Positions 1 through 15,000 of a stretch of 64,000 nt of DNA are shown one piece after another. Source of the stretch: Eledone cirrhosa (lineage: Eukaryota); contig OZ024757.1 in assembly GCA_964016885.1 (NCBI GenBank), positions 620,001 through 684,000 on the forward strand, in the 5' to 3' direction. Position 1 is the stretch's first letter. The number at the start of each line of letters is the position of its first letter. The notes beneath the pieces are model-generated. The model did not search any database. It was not told where the DNA came from and saw only the letters and a program-made list of their open reading frames with translations. The translations under genes were made by a program, and so were the position numbers.

Positions 1-46
1 ATGAAATGTAGTATTTTATGTATTGTTAGTGAATGTGCATAATAAT

Positions 47-230
47 TGTTTCTACTTTTGGCACAAGGCCAGCAATTAACCAGTACATTACTGGTACTTT
101 ATTTTATCGACCCCATAAGAATGCAAGGCAAAGTTAACCTTGGCGTGATTTGATTCAGACCATAAAGGGCCGTAACTCTTTCCTGCAAAGCATGACACCT
201 GACTCTCTACTGATACTGCCAATCCACTGC
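47..230 (-). mobile_element. tRNA-derived SINE with 17-bp target-site duplication
   Basis: TGAATGTGCATAATAAT occurs at 30-46 and 231-247. The paralogous empty site is at ~24458-24605. The body (GGGGTCGATAAAATAAAGTACCAGT...GCTGGCCTTGTGCC..AAGTAGAAACA on minus) recurs at 34190-34290, 38416-38509 and partly 18020-18080. Confidence 0.85.
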
Positions 231-342
231 TGAATGTGCATAATAATATGTAACCAGCAGTTGTAGACTGATATTGTATTGAAACATGGGTTAAAGAATG
301 GACTTTGATTAAATTCTTCTCTTCTAACCTATATTTCATGCC

Positions 343-733
343 TAGTGACATTGGGGGAAGACAATAGCTACTAGGGTGAGATAGTGACATTGGGGTGAAG
401 ACAGTAGCTACTAGGGTGAGATAGTGACATTGGGGTGAAGACAGTAGCTACTAGGGTGAGATAGTGATATCAGAGTGAAGACAATAGCTGCTAGGGTGAG
501 ATAGTGACATTGGGGTGAAGACAGTAGCTACTAGGGTGAAATAGTGACATTGGAGTGGAGACAGTAGCTACTAGGGTGAGATAGTGACATTATGGTACAG
601 ACAGTAGTTACTAGGGTGAGATAATGACATTAGGGTGAAGACAGTAGCTGCTAGGGTGAGATAGTGACATTGGGGTCAAGACAGTAGCTACTAGGGTGAG
701 ATAGTGACATTGGGGTGAAGACAGTAGCTACAA
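343..733. repeat. 40-bp minisatellite, about 10 copies
   Basis: Unit AGTGACATTGGGGTGAAGACAGTAGCTACTAGGGTGAGAT, period 40 (383, 423, ...). Confidence 0.95.
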
Positions 734-1044
734 GATGACAGATACAGATACTCTGTCAAAGGACTTCTCCACATGAACAATATTTAGATACAGAGGCTTA
801 TTCTTAGCTAGTAACTTCTCTTGTAGTTTTGTCATTAAGAAAAGAGTATATCTGTAGTACTTCTCCCTGGCATAAAATCTAACAGCATCTCATCTAATTT
901 GATTCTTTCCCTAAGTAGTTGTATTAAAACTCTTTCTCACATTTCCATTACTTGTTCCATTAGTTTCATGCCTGAGTAGTTGCTCCTTTCTAGTACCTTA
1001 CCTTTTCCTTTATAGCATTATATTAGTATACTACTATGTCAGTT

Positions 1045-1391
1045 ATTGGGTATGGCCCCATCCTAAATTATCTGATTGACTGGAGGCACATGGTTGTGAG
1101 TTCAATTCTCAGACCGGGTGATGTGTTGTTTCCTTGAGCAAGACACTTTATTTCACATTGCTCCAGTTTACTCAGCTGTAGAAATGAGATGATAGGGACT
1201 GAGCTCCCTATCATTCCACTGTAAAGTGGACGTGTAGGCGCCACGGCAAAAAAGCACCCAGCACTCACTGTAAATGAGGTTGGTGTTAGGAAGGGCATCC
1301 AGCTGTAGAAATCAAGCCAGAATCAGTTCCTGTCCCACCCTTGCAAGCAGGGAAAAGTGGACGTAAAATGATGATGATGATGATGATGATG
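1045..1391 (+). mobile_element. SINE with RTE-type 3' end and (GAT)n tail
   Basis: B-box-like GAGTTCAATTCT, central CCTTGAGCAAGACACTTTA, 3' segment GGTTGGTGTTAGGAAGGGCATCCAGCTGTAGAAA shared with the RTE end at ~11610-11645, and a (GAT)n tail. Confidence 0.75.
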
Positions 1392-1424
1392 ACTATGTAG
1401 GTGACTAGTTTGACATCTACTTCC

Positions 1425-1570
1425 CCAGAATCTTTCAACATCTCAGTTATTTCTAATGGAACAGCAGCTTTGCCATTTTTATTCCCGTTGATTGCTTCTT
1501 TGACCCTATAACTATCTATTTCAAAAGCTGGTCCCTCTTTGGGGTTAGTTGGAGGTAGTCTCTCTTTTCA
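1425..1570 (-). mobile_element. Short degenerate RTE LINE fragment
   Basis: Matches the 'EGPA(I/F)EID...EAI...GK.A...EMLK' region of the RTE copies at 37450-37620 and 31075-31240. Confidence 0.7.
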
Positions 1571-1753
1571 GTTATTTACCATTTTACAGGGTTAACTGTG
1601 TGTGATCCCTTCTATTCATTCGGGAACATATTCAACTTTGATAATAAATTGACTAAATTAGTAAATTCTAAACCATACAGTAGTTTCAACACAAGTCTTG
1701 GTTAGATCTTCTACAAATAAACTGAGAGGAGGGTAATTTTTTAGTAAACCAGT

Positions 1754-1759
1754 TTTATT
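1754..1759 (-). promoter_or_regulatory. Putative polyadenylation signal of ZNF gene 1
   Basis: AATAAA on minus, in the same conserved context (TTGTAAATGTT..TAATAAAACTG) as the paralogues at 26971 (-), 46542 (+) and ~25595 (-). Confidence 0.6.
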
Positions 1760-1789
1760 ATGAACATTTACAACATAGGTGGCACAATC

Positions 1790-2290
<501 letters not shown>

Positions 2291-2292
2291 TT

Positions 2293-2414
2293 ATAATAAT
2301 AATGAAATTATTGTGTACAGTGCTCAGGTGCACTACAACTCATCAAAGGTGCATGTATAGTACATAGAATAATGTACAAATGTCAGGAAAATAAACAGTG
2401 TATGAGTCATGATA
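2293..2414 (-). mobile_element. Diverged 3'-end-only copy of the adjacent CR1-like LINE
   Basis: About 120 bp aligning to 2415-2545, with many substitutions and its own (TTA)n tail. Confidence 0.8.
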
Positions 2415-2578
2415 TAATAACAATAACAATAATGAAATATTGTGCACAGTGCCCAGGTGCACCACAACCCATCAAAAAAGTGCATGTACAGTACATAGGG
2501 CAATGCACAAACATCAGTAAAATGAACAGTGCACGAGTCATGATACACACATGTATGCATGTGTATGGAAGGGGCACA

Positions 2579-5344
2579 TCAGGTGTAGTTTTGGCGTATT
2601 TCGGGAAGCATGAGTGTCTTAAGGGATGCAGTGTCTCGGCAGCTAACAATTGACGCAGGCAGTTTGTTCCATGCTTCAGCAACTCTGAGCGTGAAAAAAT
2701 GTCTGCGAAAGTCATGGGAGCTGTGCTGTTTTCTTATCTTGTAGGCATGTCCACGTGTGTTAGACACATGGAGATCAAAGAGGTGCTCAGGGTTGCAGTT
2801 GGCGAGATGGTTAAAAACTTTGTGGGTATTCACCAAGTCCATTGCCAGACGTCGGAGCTTCAATGAATCCATGCCCAGGGAAGCAAGGCGTTCAGAGTAT
2901 GGTAGGTGTCTGATGGAGGGTATGCGCTTGGTTGCACGTCTCTGAACAGTTTCCAGGAGGTCAATGTTCCGAGCAAGATAGGGGTTCCAGACTGATGATG
3001 CGAATTCCAAGTGTGGTCGCACCATAGCTGTATACAGTTTTAAATAGATGGCTGGAGAGCGGCTAACAAAGGTCTTGCTGAGTGATGCCAAGACACCCTC
3101 GGCCTTCTTGACAATCTTAGAGACATGCTTTGTCCAACGCAAATCGTTGCTGACAGTAATGCCCAGGTCACGTTCACAAGAGGACTTTTTGATGTCAGTG
3201 TTGTGGAGGGAGTATGTGGACGCTGTATTTTTCCTTCCAAAATGCATGGTGGTACACTTGTCCACAGCCAGCTTCAGTTGCCAGTCTGTGATCCATTGCT
3301 GCATTGTGTCCAGGTCTGATTGTAGGAAAGAGTTGTAAATTTCAGGATCAGTCCTTTTGATTTCAAGGTACAGCTTGATGTCATCTGCATATTTTAGTAC
3401 CGTGGCATTCTGTAAGTTGGCATCTATGTCATTAATATATGCCACAAACAAAAGAGGACCAAGAACAGATCCCTGTGGTACACCAGATGATATCTCATAT
3501 GGTGAAGAATGCTGTCCTAGAACCGTGACTACTTCCTTTCGGCTGAGAATGAAGGATTTCAGCCAGTCGAAAAAATCATCCCTCACACCCATTGCAGAGA
3601 GTTTTGCCATAAGTCTTTTGTGTGGCACAGAATTAAAAGCCTTAGCAAAGTCAAGGTAAACAACATCCACCCATGAGCCGCTGTCAGTGATCCGGGTGAT
3701 GTCCTCAAGGAACTCGATAAGCTGATCACAGCAGCTGGAGTTAGGGATAAATCCAAACTGTGAGGGCCGGATGAGGCTGTGAGAGCTCCAGAAGTTCCAA
3801 AGTGTTTCTCTGACACAGGATTCCATCAGTTTGGCCATACAGCTAGTAAGACTGACTGGACGATAGTTGACAGGTGACATGCGGTTGCCCTTTTTGAACA
3901 GGGGAATGACACTGGCAGTTTTCCACTGCTCCGGAGTAGCACCATTGCTGAGACAGTATTGAAAGATAAAAGAAAGCTGGCACAAAAGCAAATCCTCGCC
4001 ACGTTTGAGAAGCAGGTATGTCACACCATCAAGACCAGGGGAGGCATAGTTGCGCTTATTCTAAAGGTGACGTCGCAACATTGCAGGTGTAAATTCCATA
4101 GTTGTTATGGAATTTGATGTTAGAGATGGTGAAGATGGTACATTCTGGTTTTCAACAGTAAAAATACTTGCATAGCACTCAGCAATGAGTTCTGCGCGTT
4201 CCTTGGGATCGTCAGTGATCTGGCTTGTGTGGGGATTGCGAAGAGGACCAACTGGAGAGTGAGGTCTCTGCTTTGAATGAACATATTTCCAGAACACCTT
4301 ACTGTCAGGATTGGTTGCGATGCACTGTTCAAATTCAAGCACTGCCTTCTTTGTCACTTGCTTGAGATGGTTAGAAGATTTATTCCGCTTTTTTCTGTTG
4401 GCATCTGATCTATGCAGTTTATATTCCCGTTCAGCGTTCCGACGTTCTTTCCTGGCAAGTCGGACCGCTGAAGTTTCCCAGATTGCACTTTTGGGGTGGT
4501 TATTTTTCCGCTTCCGTGGCACTGATGCTGCACACGCTATCCATATTGAGTCCAGGATGCTCTGGAGTATAGAGTTCACATCTCCAGAGTTATACATCTC
4601 ATGCCAGTTTGGGCGCTGTAGCTCAGTGCAGTACAAGTTCCAATCCGCCCTCTTCCAATCAAAGCAAGCAGATTGGAGATGGCTCTGGTTTTTGTTGCTG
4701 CCCTCAAGTGCCAGATTGGCAATGATCATAGCATGATCAGAGTCGCCTAGAGGTTCCTCAGTAGTACAACTGATAACCACTTCAGGAGTAGTGGTGAAGA
4801 TCAGGTCCAAAGTGTTGTCACCTCTTGTTGGAGAGGTGACTACTTGTGACCAGTTTGAGTCCAGCACTAGTTCAAGGAAATCGTTTGCACCCTGTGGCCA
4901 ACGAAAGGTTTCCCAATCGATCTCAGGATGATTGAAGTCACCTGCAATAAACACATAAGTGGCTGTTTTCTTGGCAGCAACTCTGAGGATATCGCAAAGC
5001 TGTGTGTCCTGATGGTAGTTTGGGGGGCGATAAACAACACCAAGCAGAAGTGTTGACATGGTCATACGTATGTGACAGAAAAAAACTTCTTCCTGTGATT
5101 CGTTCAAATCAACGCAAGGAATTACCGAAAAGTTTGAACGAACGTAGACCATCACACCACCACCACGGCGGTTAATGCGGTCCTTGCAGAAAAGGTTGTA
5201 CCCAGTAATGGTGAAAACCCCATCACAGAGTAAGGAATGTGCCCATGTTTCCGTGACTGTGATGAAGTCAGGGTCGATGCTTCTGACGTAGGATTCGAAC
5301 AGATGTATCTTGTTGCATAAACTGCGAGCATTTAAGGACAACAA
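2579..5344 (-). CDS. LINE ORF2 (APE endonuclease + reverse transcriptase), one in-frame TAG at 4061-4063
   Basis: LNARSL, ITVTETW, GDFNHP, LDLIF, SDH; NYRPVSLTS, YLDFAKAFN, GVPQGSVLGP, KYADD, ERDLG. The two track ORFs (4061..5344 and 2579..4024) are in the same frame. Confidence 0.92.
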
Positions 5345-5363
5345 TTTGTACCCTGCTCGCAGT

Positions 5364-5828
5364 TTATGATGGTGTGTAGAGAGTGGCAGGTTGTTCTGGT
5401 TTAGCAGTTTTTACATTGCCAGTTATTGTGGGTAGATCACACTCAGACCAGCTGGTATCTCTCTTCCACGTTTCACCAGCCTTGACAAACCTCCAGATCT
5501 GCCCATCATCACGCAGACTGAAACTTTCATCTTGTGCTGAGTTCCGATTCAAGGAAGCTGCAGCACGTAGTTTTGGACGTACATGGGGTGGTAGGCCTGG
5601 GCGTGTTCGGAAGGTAATCCGATTTTCACGCCCAGCTTTAGCAGAGGCCAGATGATATGAGGTTGCCTCTGCGGGGTCCGAGAAAGACAGCCTGATGAGT
5701 CTGGGTTTTGGACCAGGTCGACCAAGGCGGAGGGCACCCTTTGGGGGAACACAGCCTAGGTCTTTGGCTGAGCTGGCAGCAAATGCCTGAAGATCAGCCT
5801 TGTCCTCTGGTACCCCAATGGCAATCAC
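5364..5828 (-). CDS. LINE ORF1, C-terminal part (5'-truncated)
   Basis: IAIGVPE...LRLGR..PKPRLIRLSF resembles RRM-type ORF1 of CR1-group elements and lies directly upstream of ORF2. Confidence 0.75.
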   Translation of the reverse strand: MIAIGVPEDKADLQAFAASSAKDLGCVPPKGALRLGRPGPKPRLIRLSFSDPAEATSYHLASAKAGRENRITFRTRPGLPPHVRPKLRAAASLNRNSAQDESFSLRDDGQIWRFVKAGETWKRDTSWSECDLPTITGNVKTAKPEQPATLYTPS

Positions 5829-5933
5829 TTCACATATGTTTATGTGTAGTTAAGTGAGTAAATCGAGAGAATGATTTACTATAGATATCACAGTGATATG
5901 GCTCCTCTCCCAAAAGAATAGGTTTGTGAATTA

Positions 5934-7080
<1,147 letters not shown>

Positions 7081-7452
7081 AATGTTTCTTCTTCTCACCA
7101 AAGTATATAGATGTTTGTCTTGTGTTATATTTATATTATATTTCTAGAAATATTGTCTGATTCTATATTTCTATCAACTGTGATCGCAATTAATATCTGA
7201 AGATTATGAAAACTTCTTTGTCATCCAAGTTTAATTAAAATACAAAATCTTCTTGAAAACATTCGAGATAGTGAAGAAACGAACATTTGCCAATAAACTC
7301 ACTTCTGATGAAATATTTTAGAGGAAGTCAGTCGTAGAATTATATAAACAGTGTTATATCAGTGGTGTATAAAACACTTTAGTCTTTAAATGATGATAAA
7401 TGTTGATGATGTATCCAAGGTTTAAAAATTTATCCCAATGTCATCTGGTATT

Positions 7453-7475
7453 CTGAAATAAGAAAGAAACAGTAT
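7453..7475 (-). promoter_or_regulatory. 3' splice acceptor of the ZNF coding exon (gene 1)
   Basis: Minus strand ACTGTTTCTTTCTTATTTCAG|AATACCAGATGACATTGGGAT, identical at 29142 (-) and 43535 (+). Confidence 0.8.
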
Positions 7476-7604
7476 GTGATAATAGAGAATACTTAAAAAC
7501 TAGAGATAGATTTATTAGAGAAAATTTTAGACTTTTATATCAATAATCTCTAGATATAGACCTTTAATTGATAAATCAACTTTAGTTTTTAATTTGTTAT
7601 CAAT

Positions 7605-8210
7605 ATTACATCATACAACCTTGTATGATATCTATATATACAGACATATATACATATACATATGTCAATGTTACATTATACAACCTTGTGTAATGTCTAT
7701 ATATACAGACATGTATACATATGTTACATTATATAACCTTGTGTAATGTCTATATATACAGACATATATATACATATGTCAATATTACATTATACAACCT
7801 TGTGTAATGTCTATATATATAGACATATATGTACACATGTTACATTATACAACCTTGTGTAATGTCTATATATACATATGTCAATATTACATTATACAAC
7901 CTTGTGTAATGTCTATATATATAGACATATATATACATATGTTACATTATACAACCTTGTGTAATGTCTATATATATAGACATATATATACATATGTTAC
8001 ATTATACAACTTTGTGTAATGTCTATATATAGACATATATATACATATGTTACATTATACAACCTTGTGTAATGTCTATATATATAGACATATATATACA
8101 TATGTTACATTATACAACCTTGTGTAATGTCTATATATAGACATATATATACATATGTTACATTATACAACCTTGTGTAATGTCTATATATAGACATATA
8201 TACATTTGTC
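7605..8210. repeat. ~53-60-bp AT-rich minisatellite with internal palindromes
   Basis: Unit GTTACATTATACAACCTTGTGTAATGTCTATATATATAGACATATATATACATAT, about 11 copies. Confidence 0.9.
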
Positions 8211-8699
8211 AATGTCTGTCAGTCTGGTGCATTGCTCCAGCCACAAATCTCATCAGTAGTTCACAATAGGCTTTCAATAATATATATATATACATATATA
8301 TATGGAACTAGCTGTTCCAATGGCAAGCTGTCAGCTCAGTTGTCATGCTCTACTATCTCAAGTATTGAGTACTCTGTAGAATAATGGTATATATATATAT
8401 ATAAAATAAACCTGTCGAGAGTTATGAATCAGAATTTGTCGAATCTTACTGTTGCCGAATTGTTGTTTTGAAATGTAATGTATTTCACTTCATTTCCTTG
8501 TCTCTCCATGTTTCTTGGTCTAATTTACCTATCAGTATTTATATTGTCCCTTTAACTTTTCATAATGATGGTCGAATCTGTAGGTCCTTTATAAAAATAA
8601 TCTTCTCGTTAACTCCCCCCACGCCACCATTACTATTTGGTCCAATCATAATTCAGTGGCTTATAATTATGTTTCTCTTACCAATCTCTTCCACAAAAC

Positions 8700-11600
8700 C
8701 ACTGCCTCGGCTATCACTCCTTAAGTTTAGACTTGGTTGCTTTTGATATGCTAGATGGACTATAAAATTTGGAGTGTTTGTAGAATCTGGACACTCAATG
8801 ACAATGTCAAAGATAACGATAAATGTTGCCGGACGAGAATGCAAGGACTCCTCTCTATTTCAGACACGGATGGCTGAACATAACCTCATCTCCCTCACAC
8901 CTCCCTACACCTCCAACCCATCCCTTCCACCCACCCAACGAAATCCAAAACTTCAGAGTTGGTACTATGAATGTAGCCACTTAAAAAGGTCGCTCTAACA
9001 AGGTTGTAGAGATGCTTCAACATAAGGAAGTTGATGTGTGTTGTGTCCAAGAGACCAGGTGGAGGGATGGGTCTGTTAGATTCATTGTGGGTAAAAAACG
9101 ATGCTATAAACTACTCTGGCTGGGAAATGACAATGGACTGGGTGGAGTAGGAATTATGTTAGCAGAAAAATGGGTAAATAAGGTAATTGACGTAAATAGA
9201 GTGAATGACAGAATAATTAAAATAAGACTAGTCCTAAATAGAACTACCGTGACAATAATAATATCCACTTATGAACCCCAATTTGGACTACCTGGCATTA
9301 TAAAAGATTCTATGAGTCGCTAATGCTCACTACCTCCCAAATAACCGACAGTGACTACATAATTATTGGTGGTGACCTAAATGGTCATGTTGGACAACAT
9401 TGTGACGGCTATGATGGAATCCATGGAGGCTACGGGTTTGGTACTAGAAATGAGGAAGGCTTCAGAATCCTGGAATTCTGTGATGCAAATAACCTAACTA
9501 TGTGTAACACAAACTTCAAAAAACGAGACAATCACTTGATCACCTACAGATCATGTTCTACAACGCGAGGACCAAAAACGTAAGGTGTTCAGGATTGCTA
9601 GGCAATGTGTCAAGGAAAACCGTGATATTGTCGGGGAGAAGTGTTACCATAATGATGATGGTGTACTTGCCATCACTGATGCTGATAAGAAGGTAGCTTG
9701 GGAGTGTCACTACGAGAGACTACTAAATGAGGAGAATAAATGGGAAAAAGATAGTCTGCCCCAAATTGATCCAATAGAGGGACCAGCAGTGCAAGTTAAA
9801 GGTAGTATAATAAGTAAGGCAATCAAAGATATGAAGACAGGCAAGGCAGCTGGGCCTTCAGGGATAGTTGCTGAAATGCTCAAAGCATCTGGAATGGTGG
9901 GACACACTATGGTCACCCGGATAGTAAACCAAGTCATACAGAATGGGATCATACCAAATGACTGGCGTAGCACCATCATCATTAACTGCTACAAGGGTAA
10001 AGGAGATGCCCTAGATAGGGGAAACTATAGAGGCATTAAATTAGTTGACCAGGTCATGAAGGTCACAGAAAGAGTTATAGCACAACTAATCAGAGAGCGT
10101 ATTGATCTAGATGAAATGCAGTTTGGGTTTGTGTCAGGTAAAAGTACCACAGATGCTCTTTTCCTTGTACAACAACTACAGAAGTACCTAGCTAAAAGTA
10201 AACCCCTATACTTAGCTTTTGTTGATTTGGAGAAAGCCTTTGACAGAGTCCCCTGCTCGATTATCTGGTGGGCTCTTAGAAAACTAGGTGTTGATGAATG
10301 GCTTGTGAGAGCTATACAAGCCATGTATAAAGAAACAGTCAGCAAGGTTAGAATTAACAATGAATATAGTGAAGAATTTAGTGTAAAAGTTGGTGTTCAT
10401 TAAGGCTCTGTCCTTAGCCCCCTCCTATTTATTATTGCCGTTCAGGCTATAACAGAGGAGTTCAAGACCAGCTGCCCATGGGAATTTCTATACGCAGATG
10501 ATCTAACTCTCATAGCAGAATCGATGGGTGAACTAGAGAAGAAATTCCAAACATGGAAGCATGGCCTAGAATCAAAAGGCCTTAAAGTTAACTTGTCTAA
10601 GACTAAAGTTCTAGTATGTAGAAAGGAAAATAGGGCACAGGTTCCCTCTGGGAAATGGGCATGCTCAGTGTGTAGGAAAGGAGTAGGCAGAAATTCCATT
10701 TTATGTCCCAAATGCAAACTATGGGTACATAAAAGATGTAGTGGGATCACAGGTAAGCTATCTAAGAACGTAGATTTTATATGTGGCTGATGCTCAGGTG
10801 CAATAAGTAGCAAGTGTCCACAGGATACTAGCTCCTTCTATTGCTCAGTGGAGGGTGCTCTGAAAGTACAGTAGCCAAAGTCAGAATGGGATGGAAAAAG
10901 TTCAGAGAGCTTATACCACTATTGGCCACTAAAGGTTTCTCTCTAAAAATGAAAGGCAGATTGTATGATGCCTACATAGAACAACAATGTTACATGGCAG
11001 TGAGACATGGGCATTACATGCAGAGGACCTGCACAGACTGGATAGGAACGAAGCATGCATGCTCCGTTGGATGTGTAATAGTAATATACGTGAACGGTAA
11101 AACATAAATGAACTAAGTGAAAAATTAGGAATAAGAGGGATCAGATGTTGTTTTCTTGAGAGAAGACTATGTTGGTATGGTCATGTGATGTGTAGGAAAA
11201 ACGACAGCTGTATAAAAAAGTGCAGGGCGATCAAAATAGACGGTAGCAACGGTGTAGGTAGACCCAGAAAAACCTGGAACGATTTGATAAATTCCGACCT
11301 TACACCTCTCTAATGTCACTGGACCGAGATCTTTGGAGCTACGCAGTAATACAGGAGACCCGCCTTGCCTATGTACAAAGCAAAACCTAGTCAGTAGGCA
11401 CCTCTTAACCAAATATACACCCCCATCCCACTACCCCTACTCCACCCCCACCAACACCACCCTTTCTCTATAAATTTATGTTGGTACCACAAAATCCAGT
11501 ACAATATAAATGAGGTCGTGTAGGTGTCACAACAAAATAACACAGTCCACGCTCTAATGTTGCCGTGTAGGTAACACGGTAAAAACCTCCCAGTCCACAC

Positions 11601-11733
11601 TGTAAGCGTGGTTGGTGTTAGGAAGGGCATCCAGCTGTAGAAAACCTGCCAGATACAGTCCTATAAGAGCGAGACAATTCCCGTCTAAACCCATGCTAGC
11701 GTGGAAGATAGATGTTAAACAATGATGATGATT
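8700..11733 (+). mobile_element. Degenerate RTE-clade LINE (EN + RT with PHD insert), internally deleted, with 3' UTR and (GAT)n tail
   Basis: CCVQETRW, GGDLNGHVG, NYRGIKL, FVDLEKAFDRV, LYADDL, GSETW-type region; several stops and frameshifts; jump from EN to the pre-RT region at ~9555. The 5' boundary is approximate. Confidence 0.9.
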
Positions 11734-12074
11734 GAGATGATAGGTTTCTTATAAGCAGTTGATATACCGTAACCTCTTGAGAATAAGCTGGTCCTAGTGA
11801 TCCAAAAGCACTTCACATCAGTAGTTTATTCCAGGTAGGTGTTGGTAATTAGGAGAGACGGAGTAATGATTTATCAAATAAGAGTAGTTAAGATGGGATT
11901 AATTCACCATAATTGTTTATTGCATGATATATATTTCTGTGACATGGTTATTCACGTGACATTATCAGATTCTTACACAATCATAGTTACAGTTATGTAA
12001 TGATTGGGATATGTCAGTGGCCATGTATAACTATCCTGTAGTAATGTCAGCTGGCATATGTATCATGAATAGTA

Positions 12075-15000
12075 GTAGTAGTGAAATAACAAGGAATGAT
12101 ATGACAGGTTATTGACTACTGGTAGTGATATAACAAGGAATGATATGACAGGCTATTGACTACTGGTAGTGATATAACAAGGAATGATATGAGAGGTTAT
12201 TGACTACTGGTAGTGATATAACAAGGAATGATATGAGAGGTTATTGACTACTGGTAGTGATATAACAAGGAATGATATGAGAGGTTATTGACTACTGGTA
12301 GTGATATAACAAGGAATGATATGAGAGGTTATTGACTACTGGTAGTGATATAACAAGGAATGATATGACAGGCTATTGACTACTGGTAGTGATATAACAA
12401 GGAATGATATGAGAGGTTATTGACTACTGGTAGTGATATAACAAGGAATGATATGAGAGGCTATTGGCTACTGGTAGTGATATAACAAGGAATGATATGA
12501 CAGGCTATTGACTACTGGTAGTGATATAACAAGGAATGATATGACAGGTGATTGACTACTGGTAGTGATATAAAAAGGAATGATATGAGAGGTTATTGAC
12601 TACTGGAAGTGATATAAAAAGGAATGATATGAGAGGTTATTAACTACTGGTAGTGATATAACAAGGAATGATATGAGAGGTTATTAACTACTATCAGTAG
12701 TGAAATAACTAGGAATGATATGACAGGTTATTGACTACTGGTCGTGATATAACAAGGAATGATATGAGAGGTTATTGACTACTGGTAGTGATATAACAAG
12801 GAATGATATGTAAGGCTATTGACTACTGGTAGTGATATAACAAGGAATGATATGACAGGTTATTGACTACTGGTAGTGATATAACAAGGAATGATATGAG
12901 AGGTTATTGACTACTGGTAGTGATATAACAGGGAATGATATGAGAGGTTATTGACTACTGGTAGTGATATAACAAGGAATGATATGAGAGGTTATTGACT
13001 ACTGGTAGTGATATAACAGGGAATGATATGAGAGGTTATTGACTACTGGTAGTGATATAACAAGGAATGATATGAGAGATTATTGACTACTGGTAGTGAT
13101 ATAACAAGGAATGATATGAGAGGTTATTAACTACTATCAGTAGTGAAATAACTAGGAATGATATGACAGGTTATTGGCTACTGGTAGTGATATAACAAGG
13201 AATGATATGAGAGGTTATTAACTACTATCAGTAGTGAAATAACTAAGAATGATATGACAGGTTATTGGCTACTGGTAGTGATATAACAAGGAATGATATG
13301 AGAGGTTATTGACTACTGGTAGTGAAATAACAAGGAATGATATGACAGGTTATTGGCTACTGGTAGTGATATAACAAGGAATGATATGACAGGCTATTGG
13401 CTACTGGTAGTGATATAACAAGGAATGATATGAGAGGTTATTAACTACTATCAGTAGTGAAATAACTAGGAATGATATGACAGGTGATTGACTAGTGGTA
13501 GTGATATAAAAAGGAATGATATGAGAGGTTATTGACTACTGGAAGTGATATAAAAAGGAATGATATGAGAGGTTATTGACTACTGGTACTGATATAACAA
13601 GGAATGATATGAGAGGTTATTAACTACTATCAGTAGTGAAATAACTAGGAATGATATGACAGCTTATTGACTACTGGTCGTGATATAACAAGGAATGATA
13701 TGAGAGGTTATTGACTACTGGTAGTGATATAACAAGGAATGATATGACAGGCTATTGACTACTGGTAGTGAAATAACAAGGAATGATATGAGAGGTTATT
13801 GACTACTGGTAGTGATATAACAAGGAATGATATGACAGGCTAATGACTACTGGTAGTGATATAACAAGGAATGATATGACAGGTTATTGACTACTGGTAG
13901 TGATATAACAAGGAATGATATGACAGGCTATTGACTACTGGTAATGATATAACAAGGAATGATATGAGAGGTTATTGACTACTGGTAGTGATATAACAAG
14001 GAATGGTATGACAGGCTATTGACTACTGGTAGTGATATAACAAGGAATGATATGACAGGTTATTGACTACTGGTAGTGATATAACAAGGAATGATATGAC
14101 AGGCTATTGACTACTGGTAGTGATATAACAAGGAATGATATGACAGGCTATTGACTACTGGTAGTGATATAACAAGGAATGATATGAGAGGTTATTGACT
14201 ACTGGTAGTGATATAACAAGGAATGATATGACAGGCTATTGACTACTGGTAGTGATATAACAAGGAATGATATGACAGGTTATTGGCTACTGGTAGTGAT
14301 ATAACAAGGAATGATATGAGAGGTTATTAACTACTATCAGTAGTGAAATAACTAGGAATGATATGACAGGTTATTGACTACTGGTAGTGATATAACAAGG
14401 AATGATATGAGAGGTTATTGACTACTGGTAGTGATATAACAAGGAATGATATGAGAGGTTATTGACTACTGGTAGTGATATAACAAGGAATGATATGAGA
14501 GGTTATTGACTACTGGTAGTGATATAACAAGGAATGATATGAGAGGTTATTGACTACTGGTAGTGATATAACAAGGAATGATATGAGAGGTTATTGACTA
14601 CTGGTAGTGATATAACAAGGAATGATATGACAGGCTATTGACTACTGGTAGTGATATAACAAGGAATGATATGAGAGGTTATTGACTACTGGTAGTGATA
14701 TAACAAGGAATGATATGAGAGGCTATTGGCTACTGGTAGTGATATAACAAGGAATGATATGACAGGCTATTGACTACTGGTAGTGATATAACAAGGAATG
14801 ATATGACAGGTGATTGACTACTGGTAGTGATATAAAAAGGAATGATATGAGAGGTTATTGACTACTGGAAGTGATATAAAAAGGAATGATATGAGAGGTT
14901 ATTAACTACTGGTAGTGATATAACAAGGAATGATATGAGAGGTTATTAACTACTATCAGTAGTGAAATAACTAGGAATGATATGACAGGTTATTGACTAC

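Larger units (their letters stand above)
2415..5830 (-). mobile_element. Near-intact 5'-truncated CR1/L2-group LINE inserted in the ZNF gene 1 last exon
   Basis: Partial ORF1, APE endonuclease plus RT ORF2, short 3' UTR with (TTA/TTG)n tail; ZNF repeats on both flanks. Confidence 0.95.
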
